Virus record (IMG/VR): IMGVR_UViG_3300008267_000250
Span: 1 to 64,000 of that record
Length of the DNA stretch: 64,000 bases
From: an uncultured virus (IMG/VR IMGVR_UViG_3300008267_000250)
Lineage: Duplodnaviria; Heunggongvirae; Uroviricota; Caudoviricetes
Reading direction: 5' to 3' (one strand)
A model generated the notes under the pieces. That model was not told the DNA's origin and did no database searches. It was given only the letters and a program-made list of their open reading frames with translations. Shown in pieces: positions 10,693-22,178 of the stretch. The first letter of the stretch is position 1. Every line of letters starts with the position of its first letter. A program made the position numbers and the translations under genes.

Positions 10693-11601
10693 ATGGCATT
10701 AGGTACATATGGTATTGTTAGACCAGCGGACGTTTCACCAGAGGATGTTGAAATCATTTTACACTACACTCAATCTAGGGATGTGACAGATAATTTTACA
10801 TTAAAAAAATTAAATGCAACAAATATTCTCACGCCTTATTTTCACAACAATAACACAGGTGGAAATCCGGATATTGAAATCCTAGGTGGACTTTACAACC
10901 TAAAACTTCCGGCTAGTGAGTTTAACCAAATTGGAATTTACACATTAATGATTAGACCGGCCGAAATTAGAACGACCATACTTGATTGTGGTGTTTTGTC
11001 GGCATTACCAAACGTAAAAGGACTTATTATTGATATTAATCAAGTTCCATCACAATATAGAAACAAATTCGTTAACCAAGGTTTGGTTGGGTTTAGAGTT
11101 GAATATTTAAATGATAACGGATCAAAAATTACAAACTTTTACAGAATTGTAACATCATCGTTTTATTGTGAACCAGTAATTAGTGATCAAGTTAACACAT
11201 CACAAAAAGCGATTAGATATAGGTATGTTGACAACCCAACAAATTTATTATTTTTAACCCTTTCACCATCATCATCACCAACAAACAAAGCAAGTGCGAT
11301 TCCGTTTATTGGTCAACCAAATCAAAATATCATTATAACAAATACTTTTTTTAACCCAATTACTATAGACATACAAATGGCTGAACATGATATTGATACT
11401 TTAGCTATTGCTCTTTATGGTAACCAAACAAAAAGTATGGAAGATGGTATCTATACACTTTATGATACTGTCGGAAACATTTATAAACAATACAACTTAT
11501 TTGAAATCAGAGATAACTTCAATGAATTACTTTACGAAGTTAGACAAGATAGAAATAATAATATTGATTTTAGTAAGAACTTTACAAACATTATTAGTTA
11601 A
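10693..11601 (+). CDS. Conserved-looking hypothetical virion protein
   Basis: 302-aa ORF preceded by a TATTTAT motif and coupled by TAATG to the next gene. Confidence 0.55.
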   Translation: MALGTYGIVRPADVSPEDVEIILHYTQSRDVTDNFTLKKLNATNILTPYFHNNNTGGNPDIEILGGLYNLKLPASEFNQIGIYTLMIRPAEIRTTILDCGVLSALPNVKGLIIDINQVPSQYRNKFVNQGLVGFRVEYLNDNGSKITNFYRIVTSSFYCEPVISDQVNTSQKAIRYRYVDNPTNLLFLTLSPSSSPTNKASAIPFIGQPNQNIIITNTFFNPITIDIQMAEHDIDTLAIALYGNQTKSMEDGIYTLYDTVGNIYKQYNLFEIRDNFNELLYEVRQDRNNNIDFSKNFTNIIS

Positions 11602-14549
11602 TGGCTAAGAAAAAATATTTTTACCCACCAGCACCTCCAGTAGGATCTGAAACACCGTTTGATAATGTTGTAGGTTTACAACTTACGACTGGTGGTGGCT
11701 TGACACAGGGTAATTTTGAATTTACACCGTCCATTTATGAGAAGGTTAACAGAAAGTTTGACCAAGGAGTATTTTCCAAAAAATATAATTTAGAGAACTT
11801 AGATATTACTGATATTGAACAAACAAAAAGATTAATACAACAAAATTTTCAAGTATATCCAAATTTTGATATATCACAAGTTACAAGTTTTACGGTATAT
11901 GGTTCATTACAAAAAAGAATTTCAGCATCTGTTACCAAAATTATTAACTATTTTCCAGCGGCATTAGAGGTAAATAAAACTACACTTTCTTTGACTACTG
12001 GGTTAACGGCTACAAATATAGTTTATGATCCAATTGAAAATTTAACAACACTGGAGGTGAATGCACCATTTACTAGAAACCCATTTGATATTGATTATAG
12101 TGTAAATGCCAGTAGAAACATTGAAGTAAGACCGATGAAAGTTTCAGAATATAGAAACCTTACTTCAAATTTTGAGAATTACGCATTGTATGTTGAGAAT
12201 TTAGATACAGAATATCCACTTATTGATTTTGAACCAACAGAAAGAGTTGGTGAAGGGTTTATTTATATGGTAGTGATTGGTGATCCCTTTTCTGGTATCA
12301 GTTCAACCACTAAAACATTAGTTATTAAACCAAACAACCTTAAAACAAAAGAAATATTTAATAATTCTTTTGATGAGGTTGAGAAATTTTTATTAAACAC
12401 ACAAGTAAGCCCAAAATATACTGCCACTTTTAAATATCCGGAATATAACGATAATGGTGATTATGTGACAAAAGAAAAAAAGTTAACTTGGTTAATTGAT
12501 GGTTTATGGAATCTGGATATTAGAACCGGATCCTTTGACACCTATTTGGAACAATTAAACCAAGTATCGGAAAATCTTGATGAATTTAGAACAAATTTAA
12601 TATCAAGATTTTTAACTACTGGGGCATTTAAAGAGTTTGATACCCAAGATCAAAAAATGGAGAAAATTCTCCAGTTATATGGTAGAAGTTTTGATGATGT
12701 TAAAAAATTCATTGACGCTTTAGCTTTTATGAATTCAGTAAACTACATTCCAAAAAACGATATACCATCACAACTATTATTTAATTTGGCACAAACGTTG
12801 GGTATTGAAACCAATATATCACCAATCAACAATGAAACTTTATTGGATTCATTATTCCAGACAACCCCACAACGAATTTATTCTGGTCAAACAGAAACGA
12901 TGACACCACAAGAACTGAATTACCAATATTATAGAAATGTAATATTAAACGCCGCATATATGTTTAAAACAAAAGGGACTAGACAATCCTTGGAATATAT
13001 AATGCGTTTTATTGGTGCTCCAGACGCTTTGGTTGAGTTTAATGAAATTATATACTTAGCAGATACAAAATTGAGTGTTGATGACTTTAAAGAGTCCTAC
13101 GCCAAAATATCTGGAGGAACGGTCGTGACTCAAACACCGGTATTTGATCCTCAAAATACATTTTCAATATTGGGGGTGACTTACACTGGTTATACAACAA
13201 ATAATACAATTGAAACGGTTTCATTAAACACATCCGATTATGGTATATCTGACGACGGGTTTCCGAAATCACCATCCACATCTGAGGATTATTTTTTCCA
13301 ACAAGGTTCCGGATGGTTTGAAAAATCACCAAAACATAGATCACCACAAGAAGTTGATTTTGAAAATTCAAGATTGAATCAAAATGACCCTTCAGTGGTT
13401 ACAAAACTGAAACCTTATTCATACGGTCAAGAGTATCTTGACAGATACAGACAATTTCCAAATATGAACCAAGGTTATACTTTAACAAAAATTTCAGATA
13501 ACCAAAAATCTTGGGCCGTAGATACTACTGGAAATAGAAAAAATAACGCAAACTTTAATGGGGTTGATTATAACGTCTCAAATGATAAGTTGGTTATCAA
13601 CTCAAAAAACATTGAATTGAATGTAAATGTAGGTCAAGGTTTAATTTATGATGTATGGGACATGTCAGTTAAATATAATTACCCAATTCCAAATTCTGGA
13701 TTAACCTCACCTTACCCATATCCTGGAGCAATTGATTGGACATTTGTTAATCCAAAACCAAAAGAAAAAACATTTTTTGAATTTGCACAATCTTTTTATA
13801 ATAATTTAATAAATGTAAGAAACAGACAAACAATAACAGACGGAAAAACGGGAGGTTATCCAGCCCTTCAATCTATATATTGGAAATATTTACAATCAGA
13901 ACAAACGGTTGGGATTCCGTCCAATAAGTTTACATATCAAAAAATGATTGACTATACGTTAGGTTTAGGGGATCATTGGCAAAGATTATTGGAACAAGTA
14001 GTACCAGCGACTACACTTTGGTTAACAGGTGCAAAATACGAAAATTCAATTTTCCATAGACAAAAGTTCGTTTGGAGACGACAACGAGGTTGTGTATTTA
14101 TTCCGGTTGCTTGTATTCCTTGTGAATATAACGGACAAGTATTCGCTTATGATTGTATTGATCAAACACTGGAATGTAAACTTAATTTAAATACGATACC
14201 TAGAATTTTATCAGCAACAATTAAAGGGGTTTTAGAAAGTCAAAATTATGACTCTAGAGTTTGTGATTTCAATAGTATAGTTACCACCTGGTATATTGAT
14301 TGTCGTTTAGATAATGATATTTTAGTTCAAGAAAGTTTTTATACAGGATATGGATTTAACGGGTACCCAACCAGTAGTCAAGTTTTGACAGCTATAGATC
14401 AAAAATTACAAACGTTATATAATTATGGATTAAACTACTATTTTTCTGGAAACACATTAATAGTTAGTAATTCAAGTTGTTATGATGACTTTACAAATAA
14501 AACTCTATATCTAAATATAGGTATAAACGTTCAAATTAACTGCGGATAA
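11601..14549 (+). CDS. Baseplate/tail protein (P2 gpI / T4 gp7-like motif)
   Basis: LFNLAQTLG...[23 protein letters not shown] resembles the gpI/gp7 'KGT' motif; structural context. Confidence 0.6.
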   Translation: MAKKKYFYPPAPPVGSETPFDNVVGLQLTTGGGLTQGNFEFTPSIYEKVNRKFDQGVFSKKYNLENLDITDIEQTKRLIQQNFQVYPNFDISQVTSFTVYGSLQKRISASVTKIINYFPAALEVNKTTLSLTTGLTATNIVYDPIENLTTLEVNAPFTRNPFDIDYSVNASRNIEVRPMKVSEYRNLTSNFENYALYVENLDTEYPLIDFEPTERVGEGFIYMVVIGDPFSGISSTTKTLVIKPNNLKTKEIFNNSFDEVEKFLLNTQVSPKYTATFKYPEYNDNGDYVTKEKKLTWLIDGLWNLDIRTGSFDTYLEQLNQVSENLDEFRTNLISRFLTTGAFKEFDTQDQKMEKILQLYGRSFDDVKKFIDALAFMNSVNYIPKNDIPSQLLFNLAQTLGIETNISPINNETLLDSLFQTTPQRIYSGQTETMTPQELNYQYYRNVILNAAYMFKTKGTRQSLEYIMRFIGAPDALVEFNEIIYLADTKLSVDDFKESYAKISGGTVVTQTPVFDPQNTFSILGVTYTGYTTNNTIETVSLNTSDYGISDDGFPKSPSTSEDYFFQQGSGWFEKSPKHRSPQEVDFENSRLNQNDPSVVTKLKPYSYGQEYLDRYRQFPNMNQGYTLTKISDNQKSWAVDTTGNRKNNANFNGVDYNVSNDKLVINSKNIELNVNVGQGLIYDVWDMSVKYNYPIPNSGLTSPYPYPGAIDWTFVNPKPKEKTFFEFAQSFYNNLINVRNRQTITDGKTGGYPALQSIYWKYLQSEQTVGIPSNKFTYQKMIDYTLGLGDHWQRLLEQVVPATTLWLTGAKYENSIFHRQKFVWRRQRGCVFIPVACIPCEYNGQVFAYDCIDQTLECKLNLNTIPRILSATIKGVLESQNYDSRVCDFNSIVTTWYIDCRLDNDILVQESFYTGYGFNGYPTSSQVLTAIDQKLQTLYNYGLNYYFSGNTLIVSNSSCYDDFTNKTLYLNIGINVQINCG

Positions 14550-17053
14550 TGGCTTGTATAACTGGTTTTACAATAGGGGGGTATTATAATTTAGTAAACT
14601 GTTGTGGTGTTAAAGAGGAGGGTATATCACCAGGATTAGTTGAAGTTTGTATTGATGCTGACTTTTCTGCAACAACTCAAGGCGTTATTTTTGATACGGG
14701 ATCAACTTGTACACAAAACTGTAATCAAGGCCCCTTATCATATACTTTTCAAGTAACTGGTGTTTGTTCTAATCCATCTGGTTCAACTTTAATAACACCC
14801 TTTGCCGGTACTCCTATTTATACGATTGATCCGGTATCACCTATTGGTAGTGGGTTAAGTACTCAGACTGGAAATGGTCCTTTTTTATATAGTGGACTTA
14901 CGGGTGGTACTTATGTTTTTAGATTGAATGACAGTGATTCACCAATAAATCAAGAACTGTTTATAAACGTAATAATTTCTGATTGTTTTTATACTAATAT
15001 TTTTGATGTAACCAATACGACTTGTGGTTTAAATAATGGATCATTAACTGTTTCGGCAACTTCTTTATCATCACCATATAATTTGATTTTGTATGCTGAC
15101 GGTCAATTCAATCAAACACAAACAACAAATAGTTTACCCTACATATTCAATAATCTTTCAGCTGGAACTTATTATGTTGAGGTATACGATTACGGACTAA
15201 GTTCAGCAACAACTGAAAATGTTGTTATAAACGATAGTGTTGAGGTTGATTTTGGTTTCTGGAAGGTTAATACATCAAATTGTGTGATTAACACCGGAAA
15301 AATTTCTGTCACTGGTGCTACAGGAACAGGTCCTTTCTCTTATTTGTGGAGTAATGGTGAAACGACACAATTAATCACGGGACTTACTGAAGGTACATAT
15401 ACCTGTACAGTTACTGATAGTTTAGGTTGTCAAACAACAAAAGGTATTGTTGTTGAAGCAGCACAACCATTAGGTGTTGGACTGATTACAACTGTAAACC
15501 CAACTTGTTTTTCTTCGGACGGATCCTTAACTTATAATATAACCGGTGGTACTAGACCACTTTATTATTCCGCATCAACCGGTCAAGTAGGATACACTTT
15601 CGGTGATAGCTTTACAATTTCAAATTTAAATGGTGGGACATATGGTGTAGATATTAGGGACGCGAATTTTTGTCCATTAAATTTAACCACATATATTACT
15701 CCGGCTAATGGTTTTAATGTTGTAAGTTCAAACGTTATAAACTCAAACTGTAATCAAAATAATGGACAAATAAGTGTACAATTAAACGGTAATGGTGGTT
15801 TTTACACCTATGCTTTGTCAGGTCAATCAACTGGTGATGTTTATACAAATACAAGTCTAAACCAAACATATACATTTAATAACTTATCAAATGACACGTA
15901 TTTATTAATTATTTCGGGTTCAGGTACTAATTGTTTTTTTACAGACACATTAACCGTTAATTCACAACAAAAATTCTCAGTAAGTGCAACAACAAGTGGT
16001 TCAACTTGTAATAGTAACAATGGTTCAATAACCCTTGAGGTTGGTAGTGGTTACACTGGTGTTTTGGATTACGTATTAAGTAATGGTCAATCTATCATTG
16101 ATACTCCACTATCTTCTTATACTTTTACAAATTTAATACCTGGTTCATATACATACTCAGTAACTGATTCTGATGGTTGTACAATAACTGATAGTTTTGC
16201 GATAACAACAAACGGTGGTTTACTTTCATTAGTAAATACAACTAATTGTACAAACGGAAACAATGGTGAAGCTGAAGTTATAATCTATAATGGTGAACCC
16301 ACATTTACATATTCGTGGTCTAATAATATACCTGGTATACAAACCGGACCAATAGTTACTGGATTAACTGCTGGAACATATAGTGTTCTTGTGACTGATA
16401 GTAACGGTTGTCAAAACAGACATCGGTTTGATATAAATTGTACTGGTGTTTTAATTACTAGTTATGAATTGTTTACCTTATGTGAAAATACTTTTGAAAC
16501 AACAACAGGAACAAAAAGAGGATTTTCTGAAATGTTAAATGAGGGGTATCTTGATATTACGTCGGGATATACTAATTGTACATTTGTTAGTGGTGAATTT
16601 GTTGCCACAGTAGAAATTAACGGAAGTGCGTATACACAAACATTCTATACTGCAACAACATTAAATGACGTACCTCAAGATATTTTATGGCAAACAACTA
16701 TAGAAAGTATTTTATCAACAATACCTGAAGTTGGTGGTTATGAAATTGATTTAATTAACAATACTTTACAAATAAAATCAAATTGTGATGGTGATTACGA
16801 CCCATTAGCCGACGCTTCATTTTCATTAGGTTTGGATATAATATATGATGTATATTGCGAATTACCAGAACCAACACCTACACCAACACCTAGTCCGACT
16901 CCCACACCAACTCCTACACCAACACCAACGATAACCCCTACACCAACACCAACGATAACTCCTACACCAACACCAACACCTAGTCCTACACCACCTCCAA
17001 CACCAATAAATTGTAATATGTCTGGATACACTTTTGAAATAAACCAAATATAA
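14549..17053 (+). CDS. SprB-repeat virion protein with C-terminal Pro-Thr tract
   Basis: Repeated TC..NG.ITV...G..PF.Y.WSNG...I.GL..GTY...VTD..GC units (SprB-like), then a (PT)n tract before the C-terminus. Confidence 0.7.
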   Translation: MACITGFTIGGYYNLVNCCGVKEEGISPGLVEVCIDADFSATTQGVIFDTGSTCTQNCNQGPLSYTFQVTGVCSNPSGSTLITPFAGTPIYTIDPVSPIGSGLSTQTGNGPFLYSGLTGGTYVFRLNDSDSPINQELFINVIISDCFYTNIFDVTNTTCGLNNGSLTVSATSLSSPYNLILYADGQFNQTQTTNSLPYIFNNLSAGTYYVEVYDYGLSSATTENVVINDSVEVDFGFWKVNTSNCVINTGKISVTGATGTGPFSYLWSNGETTQLITGLTEGTYTCTVTDSLGCQTTKGIVVEAAQPLGVGLITTVNPTCFSSDGSLTYNITGGTRPLYYSASTGQVGYTFGDSFTISNLNGGTYGVDIRDANFCPLNLTTYITPANGFNVVSSNVINSNCNQNNGQISVQLNGNGGFYTYALSGQSTGDVYTNTSLNQTYTFNNLSNDTYLLIISGSGTNCFFTDTLTVNSQQKFSVSATTSGSTCNSNNGSITLEVGSGYTGVLDYVLSNGQSIIDTPLSSYTFTNLIPGSYTYSVTDSDGCTITDSFAITTNGGLLSLVNTTNCTNGNNGEAEVIIYNGEPTFTYSWSNNIPGIQTGPIVTGLTAGTYSVLVTDSNGCQNRHRFDINCTGVLITSYELFTLCENTFETTTGTKRGFSEMLNEGYLDITSGYTNCTFVSGEFVATVEINGSAYTQTFYTATTLNDVPQDILWQTTIESILSTIPEVGGYEIDLINNTLQIKSNCDGDYDPLADASFSLGLDIIYDVYCELPEPTPTPTPSPTPTPTPTPTPTITPTPTPTITPTPTPTPSPTPPPTPINCNMSGYTFEINQI
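16865..17006 (+). repeat. 6-nt-period repeat encoding a (Pro-Thr)n mucin-like tract
   Basis: CCAACACCTACACCAACA... encodes [47 protein letters not shown]. Confidence 0.95.
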
Positions 17054-17060
17054 TAATTTT

Positions 17061-19247
17061 ATGTCATTTTCCGCCGTAACATGCTTATCATACACAGGAA
17101 CAACACCATTAGGTGGTGTGTTAAATTTATATAGTAATGTAGATGGGTACACTACACCATTCCAAACTAACATAAATTTATCAGCAATAACAGGAAACGA
17201 ATGTCCTTACTATATTGATAATGTACCAGATTTTACAACACAAATTAGAATTTATGATATTGGAACGGGTTGTTCTTGTGATATACCGGTACAATCTAAT
17301 AATTTATGTACGACTTGTGATTTAGATTTTAATTCATATAGTGCAAATACTATTGGTAGGTTAGTTGCTGGTAATTTGACAGGTTCTTGTGAAGTAAATA
17401 TTACCGATTATAGAATTTTTTGGTATGAAACTGGAGACACCACAAATCCTGTATTTATATCAGGTTATGGGTCAGAATATGTGCCGTATTCCTTTACTCA
17501 TCCATTAACCGGAAGTTCCGCCATTTTAGCTCAAGCAGGTACATATGTACCAGTAATTGATAAAATTAAATTGAGTGGGTTGACTTTTTCTCAAACAGGA
17601 GGGACCGGAACAATACCGGCAGAGTTAGAATGTTTTTCCTCGGTCACAGTAACTATTAACCCGTTTACTTGTGATAATGGTGATGGGTCAAGTGATGATG
17701 CTAATTATGAACATAGGGTGAGTTTTTCTGGTGCTGCGGCGGGGGTTGTGCCACAAGCCTTGGAGAGTACTTTCTTATTGACCGCAACTACTACTAATTA
17801 TTTTGCGTGGAAATTTAGGGGTTATTCAGTACCTGACTTGACAACATCCAACTTTAGTTTAAATGAAACACCAAAAAGTGCCGCAACAAGTTCTAGTACT
17901 ATTTTTATCAAAAAAGTTAATTGTTTTACTGGTTTAACACAAAATATTAATGATACAATAAAATTAGAGGTAATACCAAATTCGGCAAACACACAAACAA
18001 ATTGGGATTTTTATTTTACTTGTTTAAATTCATTTAATCAAGACTCTTGTATTTTTAACAATATACCTTATAAAATCTCAGCATCAACAATCACATCTAC
18101 TACTGGGGTATGTAATACAAATCAAATAACATTTAATTTGAGTGGTTGTCCATATAATGTTGATGATTTTACAAAATATATAGTTAATGATTTTAGAAAT
18201 ACTTTACTATTAAGAGGTACAAACTACGACACGTTATTTGTTTATGAAGATTCACCGTATATAATTAATCGGTCTACCGGGTTGTTGAGAATAAATACAC
18301 CGACATATATTAGTAGTCAACCCAAAAACGTACTAAGAATTTGTTCCACACCATCTTCAAACACTATAACATACCAAAAGTATGTAAGTGGTGGGACTCA
18401 GGGTGTTATAGATATGGAATTTAGTAATATTGTTGATTTTAACACTTATTATAATTCATATTTAAATGTTAGTACGGGTAGTTCACCTGGGTTAGTTGGT
18501 GTCTGCACTACGTCCGCCGGACCATGGAGTGGTACCCCTTATGATTCAACAGATATTAGATATTATAGATATTATAATTTAGCAATACCTTCAAACACTG
18601 GGTCTACTAATTGTGGTGATGGAACCACAGAATTAAATTTTATGATACACCCATCCACTGTGGTCACAACTGGTACAACGGGACCAAATTATACCTTTAG
18701 ATTAACAATGCCAACCATAGTGAATAACTTGACCTATGACCCATTATGTAGTTTATCGGGTAATATACAGTCAGACTACGTTGACTTGATAAATAACAGA
18801 TCTACTGGTACGACTAATAATTTTTCAGGTACCACAACCACTGGTAGTAAATATAGTGATCCTTTTTACCAAGTTAGTTTAGCTTGTAGTGGTGTTACAA
18901 CTACAAGTGCGGATACATTTAACGGTGTAGTTAGATACCCTAAATACCTAAATGAAACTATCGTTTATACTGGTAGTACACCTACCATTGTACCATCGCT
19001 GAGTGCTCAAACCTTTGATTTTAGTTACCCAAGATTTTCTGTACAATCCTTATTCAATAATAATTCAGCATATGTTAGATATCAATACCGTTATACGGTT
19101 TATTTAAACAACCCATCTGACTTTAGAGATTTTGAAATTTATGCCGTTCAATTTACTGGTGGAACTTTAGGTACGGAAGTACTAATATATGGTTACACAG
19201 GGTCAACTGGACTATCATTTCAATATCAACCATCTTATTTCATATGA
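17061..19247 (+). CDS. Thr/Ser/Gly-rich, Cys-containing putative virion (tail fibre/decoration) protein
   Basis: 728-aa ORF with low charge and about 20 [ST][GA]xT motifs; structural module. Confidence 0.6.
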   Translation: MSFSAVTCLSYTGTTPLGGVLNLYSNVDGYTTPFQTNINLSAITGNECPYYIDNVPDFTTQIRIYDIGTGCSCDIPVQSNNLCTTCDLDFNSYSANTIGRLVAGNLTGSCEVNITDYRIFWYETGDTTNPVFISGYGSEYVPYSFTHPLTGSSAILAQAGTYVPVIDKIKLSGLTFSQTGGTGTIPAELECFSSVTVTINPFTCDNGDGSSDDANYEHRVSFSGAAAGVVPQALESTFLLTATTTNYFAWKFRGYSVPDLTTSNFSLNETPKSAATSSSTIFIKKVNCFTGLTQNINDTIKLEVIPNSANTQTNWDFYFTCLNSFNQDSCIFNNIPYKISASTITSTTGVCNTNQITFNLSGCPYNVDDFTKYIVNDFRNTLLLRGTNYDTLFVYEDSPYIINRSTGLLRINTPTYISSQPKNVLRICSTPSSNTITYQKYVSGGTQGVIDMEFSNIVDFNTYYNSYLNVSTGSSPGLVGVCTTSAGPWSGTPYDSTDIRYYRYYNLAIPSNTGSTNCGDGTTELNFMIHPSTVVTTGTTGPNYTFRLTMPTIVNNLTYDPLCSLSGNIQSDYVDLINNRSTGTTNNFSGTTTTGSKYSDPFYQVSLACSGVTTTSADTFNGVVRYPKYLNETIVYTGSTPTIVPSLSAQTFDFSYPRFSVQSLFNNNSAYVRYQYRYTVYLNNPSDFRDFEIYAVQFTGGTLGTEVLIYGYTGSTGLSFQYQPSYFI

Positions 19248-19534
19248 CACAACAAGTTTTTACCATATCAGGAATTACAGGGGGAGTACCACCATTCACA
19301 TTTTATATTTGTGATGAAAATGGTAATAATTGTTCAGTACTTGCAACAACTGGTGGAACATATACGGCATCCACTTTTTATGAAACAGCAACAACACTGA
19401 TGATTAAAGTAATTGATAGTGTTGGTTGTACTGTATTTAAGATTGTTAGTTGTCCAGAAGATACCTATTTTATTTTAACCGAGGATGGACTCATAATGAT
19501 TACCGAAGATGGTGACGAATTAATTTGGATATAA
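19244..19534 (+). CDS. Small virion protein, paralog 1 of 3
   Basis: I.GITGG.PPF.FY.CD...C...IKVIDS.GC pattern shared with 19536..19823 and 25570..25857. Confidence 0.65.
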   Translation: MTQQVFTISGITGGVPPFTFYICDENGNNCSVLATTGGTYTASTFYETATTLMIKVIDSVGCTVFKIVSCPEDTYFILTEDGLIMITEDGDELIWI

Positions 19535-19535
19535 A

Positions 19536-19823
19536 ATGTTAATTGAAATTACAGGGGTTACTTCTAGTCAATCGCCATATGATGTTTTTTTATGTAACTC
19601 AGACTTAACGTCTTGTTTTTATGTTTCCGGTAATACGTCCATTCCACCATCAGTAATAATTGATACTCAAAATTATTTCCCAAATGAATTTCTTTTGAAT
19701 TTAAAAATTATTGATACAAATGGATGTACTTTTATTAAAACAATTGATTGTCCAGACGGTAAAGCGTTCCAAGATGACATATTATTTATATTTATGGATA
19801 ATATCCAATATTATTTTCAATAA
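19536..19823 (+). CDS. Small virion protein, paralog 2 of 3
   Basis: ITGVTSSQSPYDVFLC...C...LKIIDTNGC; C-terminal K.FQD..LF.FM tail shared with 25570..25857. Confidence 0.65.
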   Translation: MLIEITGVTSSQSPYDVFLCNSDLTSCFYVSGNTSIPPSVIIDTQNYFPNEFLLNLKIIDTNGCTFIKTIDCPDGKAFQDDILFIFMDNIQYYFQ

Positions 19824-19839
19824 TTGATATTTATAACAT

Positions 19840-20895
19840 ATGCCAACTTATCAATTACTTACGGATAGAGTTTTAGCCAACCCAACGGCGATTACACCAA
19901 CAACATTGATACATATAGTAACGACCGATGATGTTTCACAAAATCCGGCCGGGTCATCCTATAAAGCCGAGTTAGGTCAACTATCAAATTTGTTTAGTGG
20001 TTCCACATTTACTGGTAATACATCTGCAACATGTATTAATGAATTATATGTGTCTGATGTGTATGGTTGTTCTGGTACAACATTTCACGATAATGTGTGT
20101 TTTGAAACAATAGCAACAGGAACCACAGGTTATACATTGTCGGTCACTGAAGGTGGTTGTTTAATAATCGCCACAGGCACAACTTCGGAAAAGGTAGTAA
20201 CTAAAGACCTTGAGGTTACTAACACACTTTTAGGACCTAGAGGAAGTTTTACTGATTATATGAAGGCGTCTAGATTAAAATCATTCTCACCACTTTTTAT
20301 AAATGATGAAGATGAAGGTAATGTTTATTTTGGTTCAAGTAGTGGTGTAACAATTGATGTAGTAAATAATAGAATTGGGATAAATGATTGGTACGGTGTT
20401 TTTGGGGACCCAAACGCTAAACTTGACATTTATTCAACTGGTGATACTATAACTGCTGGTATTTTTAATGGTACAACCGTTAGTGGTACAACATATGGTT
20501 TGACCGTAAATTCTGAAAATAATTATGGTTTAGGTGGATCAAATGTCGTGTTTTGGGCACAAACAACAGCAGGAATTACTAATGATTCTAATATTGCCAT
20601 TAAAGGTACTGTTGCAGGAGGACCAAATGATTATGCAATTCAATTACTAGATGGTCAAGAGGTTGTCGGAAAAGTTTTAACTTGTGTTTTACCAACAGGT
20701 GAAGCAAGATGGGAGAACCCAACAAATATTTTCACAAGTGGATTAACTGGAGATACTTTGGTTGTATCAACATCTTATACACCATCTGGTAGTACGGACA
20801 CAAATGGTGTACCGGGTTCAATTAGTTGGGACAATACCTATATCTATTTAAAAAACAATACTGGGTGGGTTAGAGTAAGTGGCGAAACCTGGTAA
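19840..20895 (+). CDS. Putative tail fibre protein A
   Basis: N-terminus nearly identical to 25882..28548; GKVLT...G.ARW motif and C-terminal G.ISWD..YIY.K....W.RV fibre-type motif. Confidence 0.6.
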   Translation: MPTYQLLTDRVLANPTAITPTTLIHIVTTDDVSQNPAGSSYKAELGQLSNLFSGSTFTGNTSATCINELYVSDVYGCSGTTFHDNVCFETIATGTTGYTLSVTEGGCLIIATGTTSEKVVTKDLEVTNTLLGPRGSFTDYMKASRLKSFSPLFINDEDEGNVYFGSSSGVTIDVVNNRIGINDWYGVFGDPNAKLDIYSTGDTITAGIFNGTTVSGTTYGLTVNSENNYGLGGSNVVFWAQTTAGITNDSNIAIKGTVAGGPNDYAIQLLDGQEVVGKVLTCVLPTGEARWENPTNIFTSGLTGDTLVVSTSYTPSGSTDTNGVPGSISWDNTYIYLKNNTGWVRVSGETW

Positions 20896-20935
20896 TATTT
20901 ATTCACTTTAATAAGTTTTGTGTTAAAATTTTTGC

Positions 20936-22177
20936 ATGAGAATCTTCATACAAATTGCATCTTATAGAGACCCAGAATTATTACCAACAATCAAGTCATG
21001 TTTAGAAAATGCCAAATATCCGGATAATTTAGTTTTTGGTATTTGTAATCAGTTCAATCCAGATGATCAATTCAATATTGATGAATATCAAAATGATTCT
21101 AGATTCAGAATTTTAAATATACCAAATACAGAATCAAAAGGTGTTTGTTGGGCTCGTAACCAAGTACAGCAATTATATCAAGATGAGCAATATACATTAC
21201 AGATTGATTCTCATATGCGGTTTGAAAAAGATTGGGATGATGAATTAATCAATATGATTAAACAATTACAAAATAAGGGACACAAAAAACCTTTATTAAC
21301 TGGTTACGTATCATCATACAAACCAGAAAATGATCCAGACGGAAGGGTTAGAGTTCCTTGGCGAATGGTGTTTGATAAATTTATTCCGGAAGGTGCCGTA
21401 TTTTTCCTACCAGAAGTAATTCCAAATTGGACAAACTTAACTGAACCAATAGCTTCAAGATTTTATTCTGCTCATTTTTGTTTCACATTAGGTGAATTTT
21501 CAAAAGAAGTACAACATAACCCTGATTTCTATTTTCATGGAGAGGAAATTTCAATAGCAGTGAGAGCTTATACTCACGGTTATGATCTTTTTCATCCTCA
21601 TAAAGTATTAATTTGGCATGAATATACAAGAAATAACAGGACTAAACACTGGGACGACCATAAAGAGTGGTGGAAAGATAATGAAAAAGCACACGACTTA
21701 AATAGAAAGTTGTTTGGGATTGATGGTAACGAACTAATGGATCAAGGAAATTACGGTTTTGGTACTGAACGAACGTTAAGGGATTATGAAAAATATGCCG
21801 GAATCCTTTTTTCTAAAAGAGCGGTACAACAATATACACTAGAAAAAAAATATCCACCAAATCCATATGATTATAAAACAGAAGATGAATGGATTCAATC
21901 ATTCTCAAAACAAATAAAAAAATGTTTTAAAGTCAAAAAGGAATTATTAAATGAAAGTGATTATGAATTTTGGGCGGTTATCTTCAATAAAGAAGGTAAT
22001 ACGACATTATATAGAGAAGATGCTAGTATTGATGAAATTCAAAAATTATTAAAACAACCGGGTGACGAAATAGAGATATGTAGGACATTCACAACAACTG
22101 AAGAACCAAAATCCTGGGTGTTATGGCCTTATTCAAAATCAAAAGGTTGGTTAAATAAAATAGAACAACAAATGTAA
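20936..22177 (+). CDS. GT60-like glycosyltransferase (polypeptide/hydroxyproline alpha-GlcNAc transferase, Pfam 'GlcNAc'-like)
   Basis: IFIQIASYRD, SKGVCWARN, LQIDSHMRF..DWD, FHGEE..IAVRAYTHGYD and H.Y match the GT60 motif series. Confidence 0.8.
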   Translation: MRIFIQIASYRDPELLPTIKSCLENAKYPDNLVFGICNQFNPDDQFNIDEYQNDSRFRILNIPNTESKGVCWARNQVQQLYQDEQYTLQIDSHMRFEKDWDDELINMIKQLQNKGHKKPLLTGYVSSYKPENDPDGRVRVPWRMVFDKFIPEGAVFFLPEVIPNWTNLTEPIASRFYSAHFCFTLGEFSKEVQHNPDFYFHGEEISIAVRAYTHGYDLFHPHKVLIWHEYTRNNRTKHWDDHKEWWKDNEKAHDLNRKLFGIDGNELMDQGNYGFGTERTLRDYEKYAGILFSKRAVQQYTLEKKYPPNPYDYKTEDEWIQSFSKQIKKCFKVKKELLNESDYEFWAVIFNKEGNTTLYREDASIDEIQKLLKQPGDEIEICRTFTTTEEPKSWVLWPYSKSKGWLNKIEQQM

Positions 22178-22178
22178 T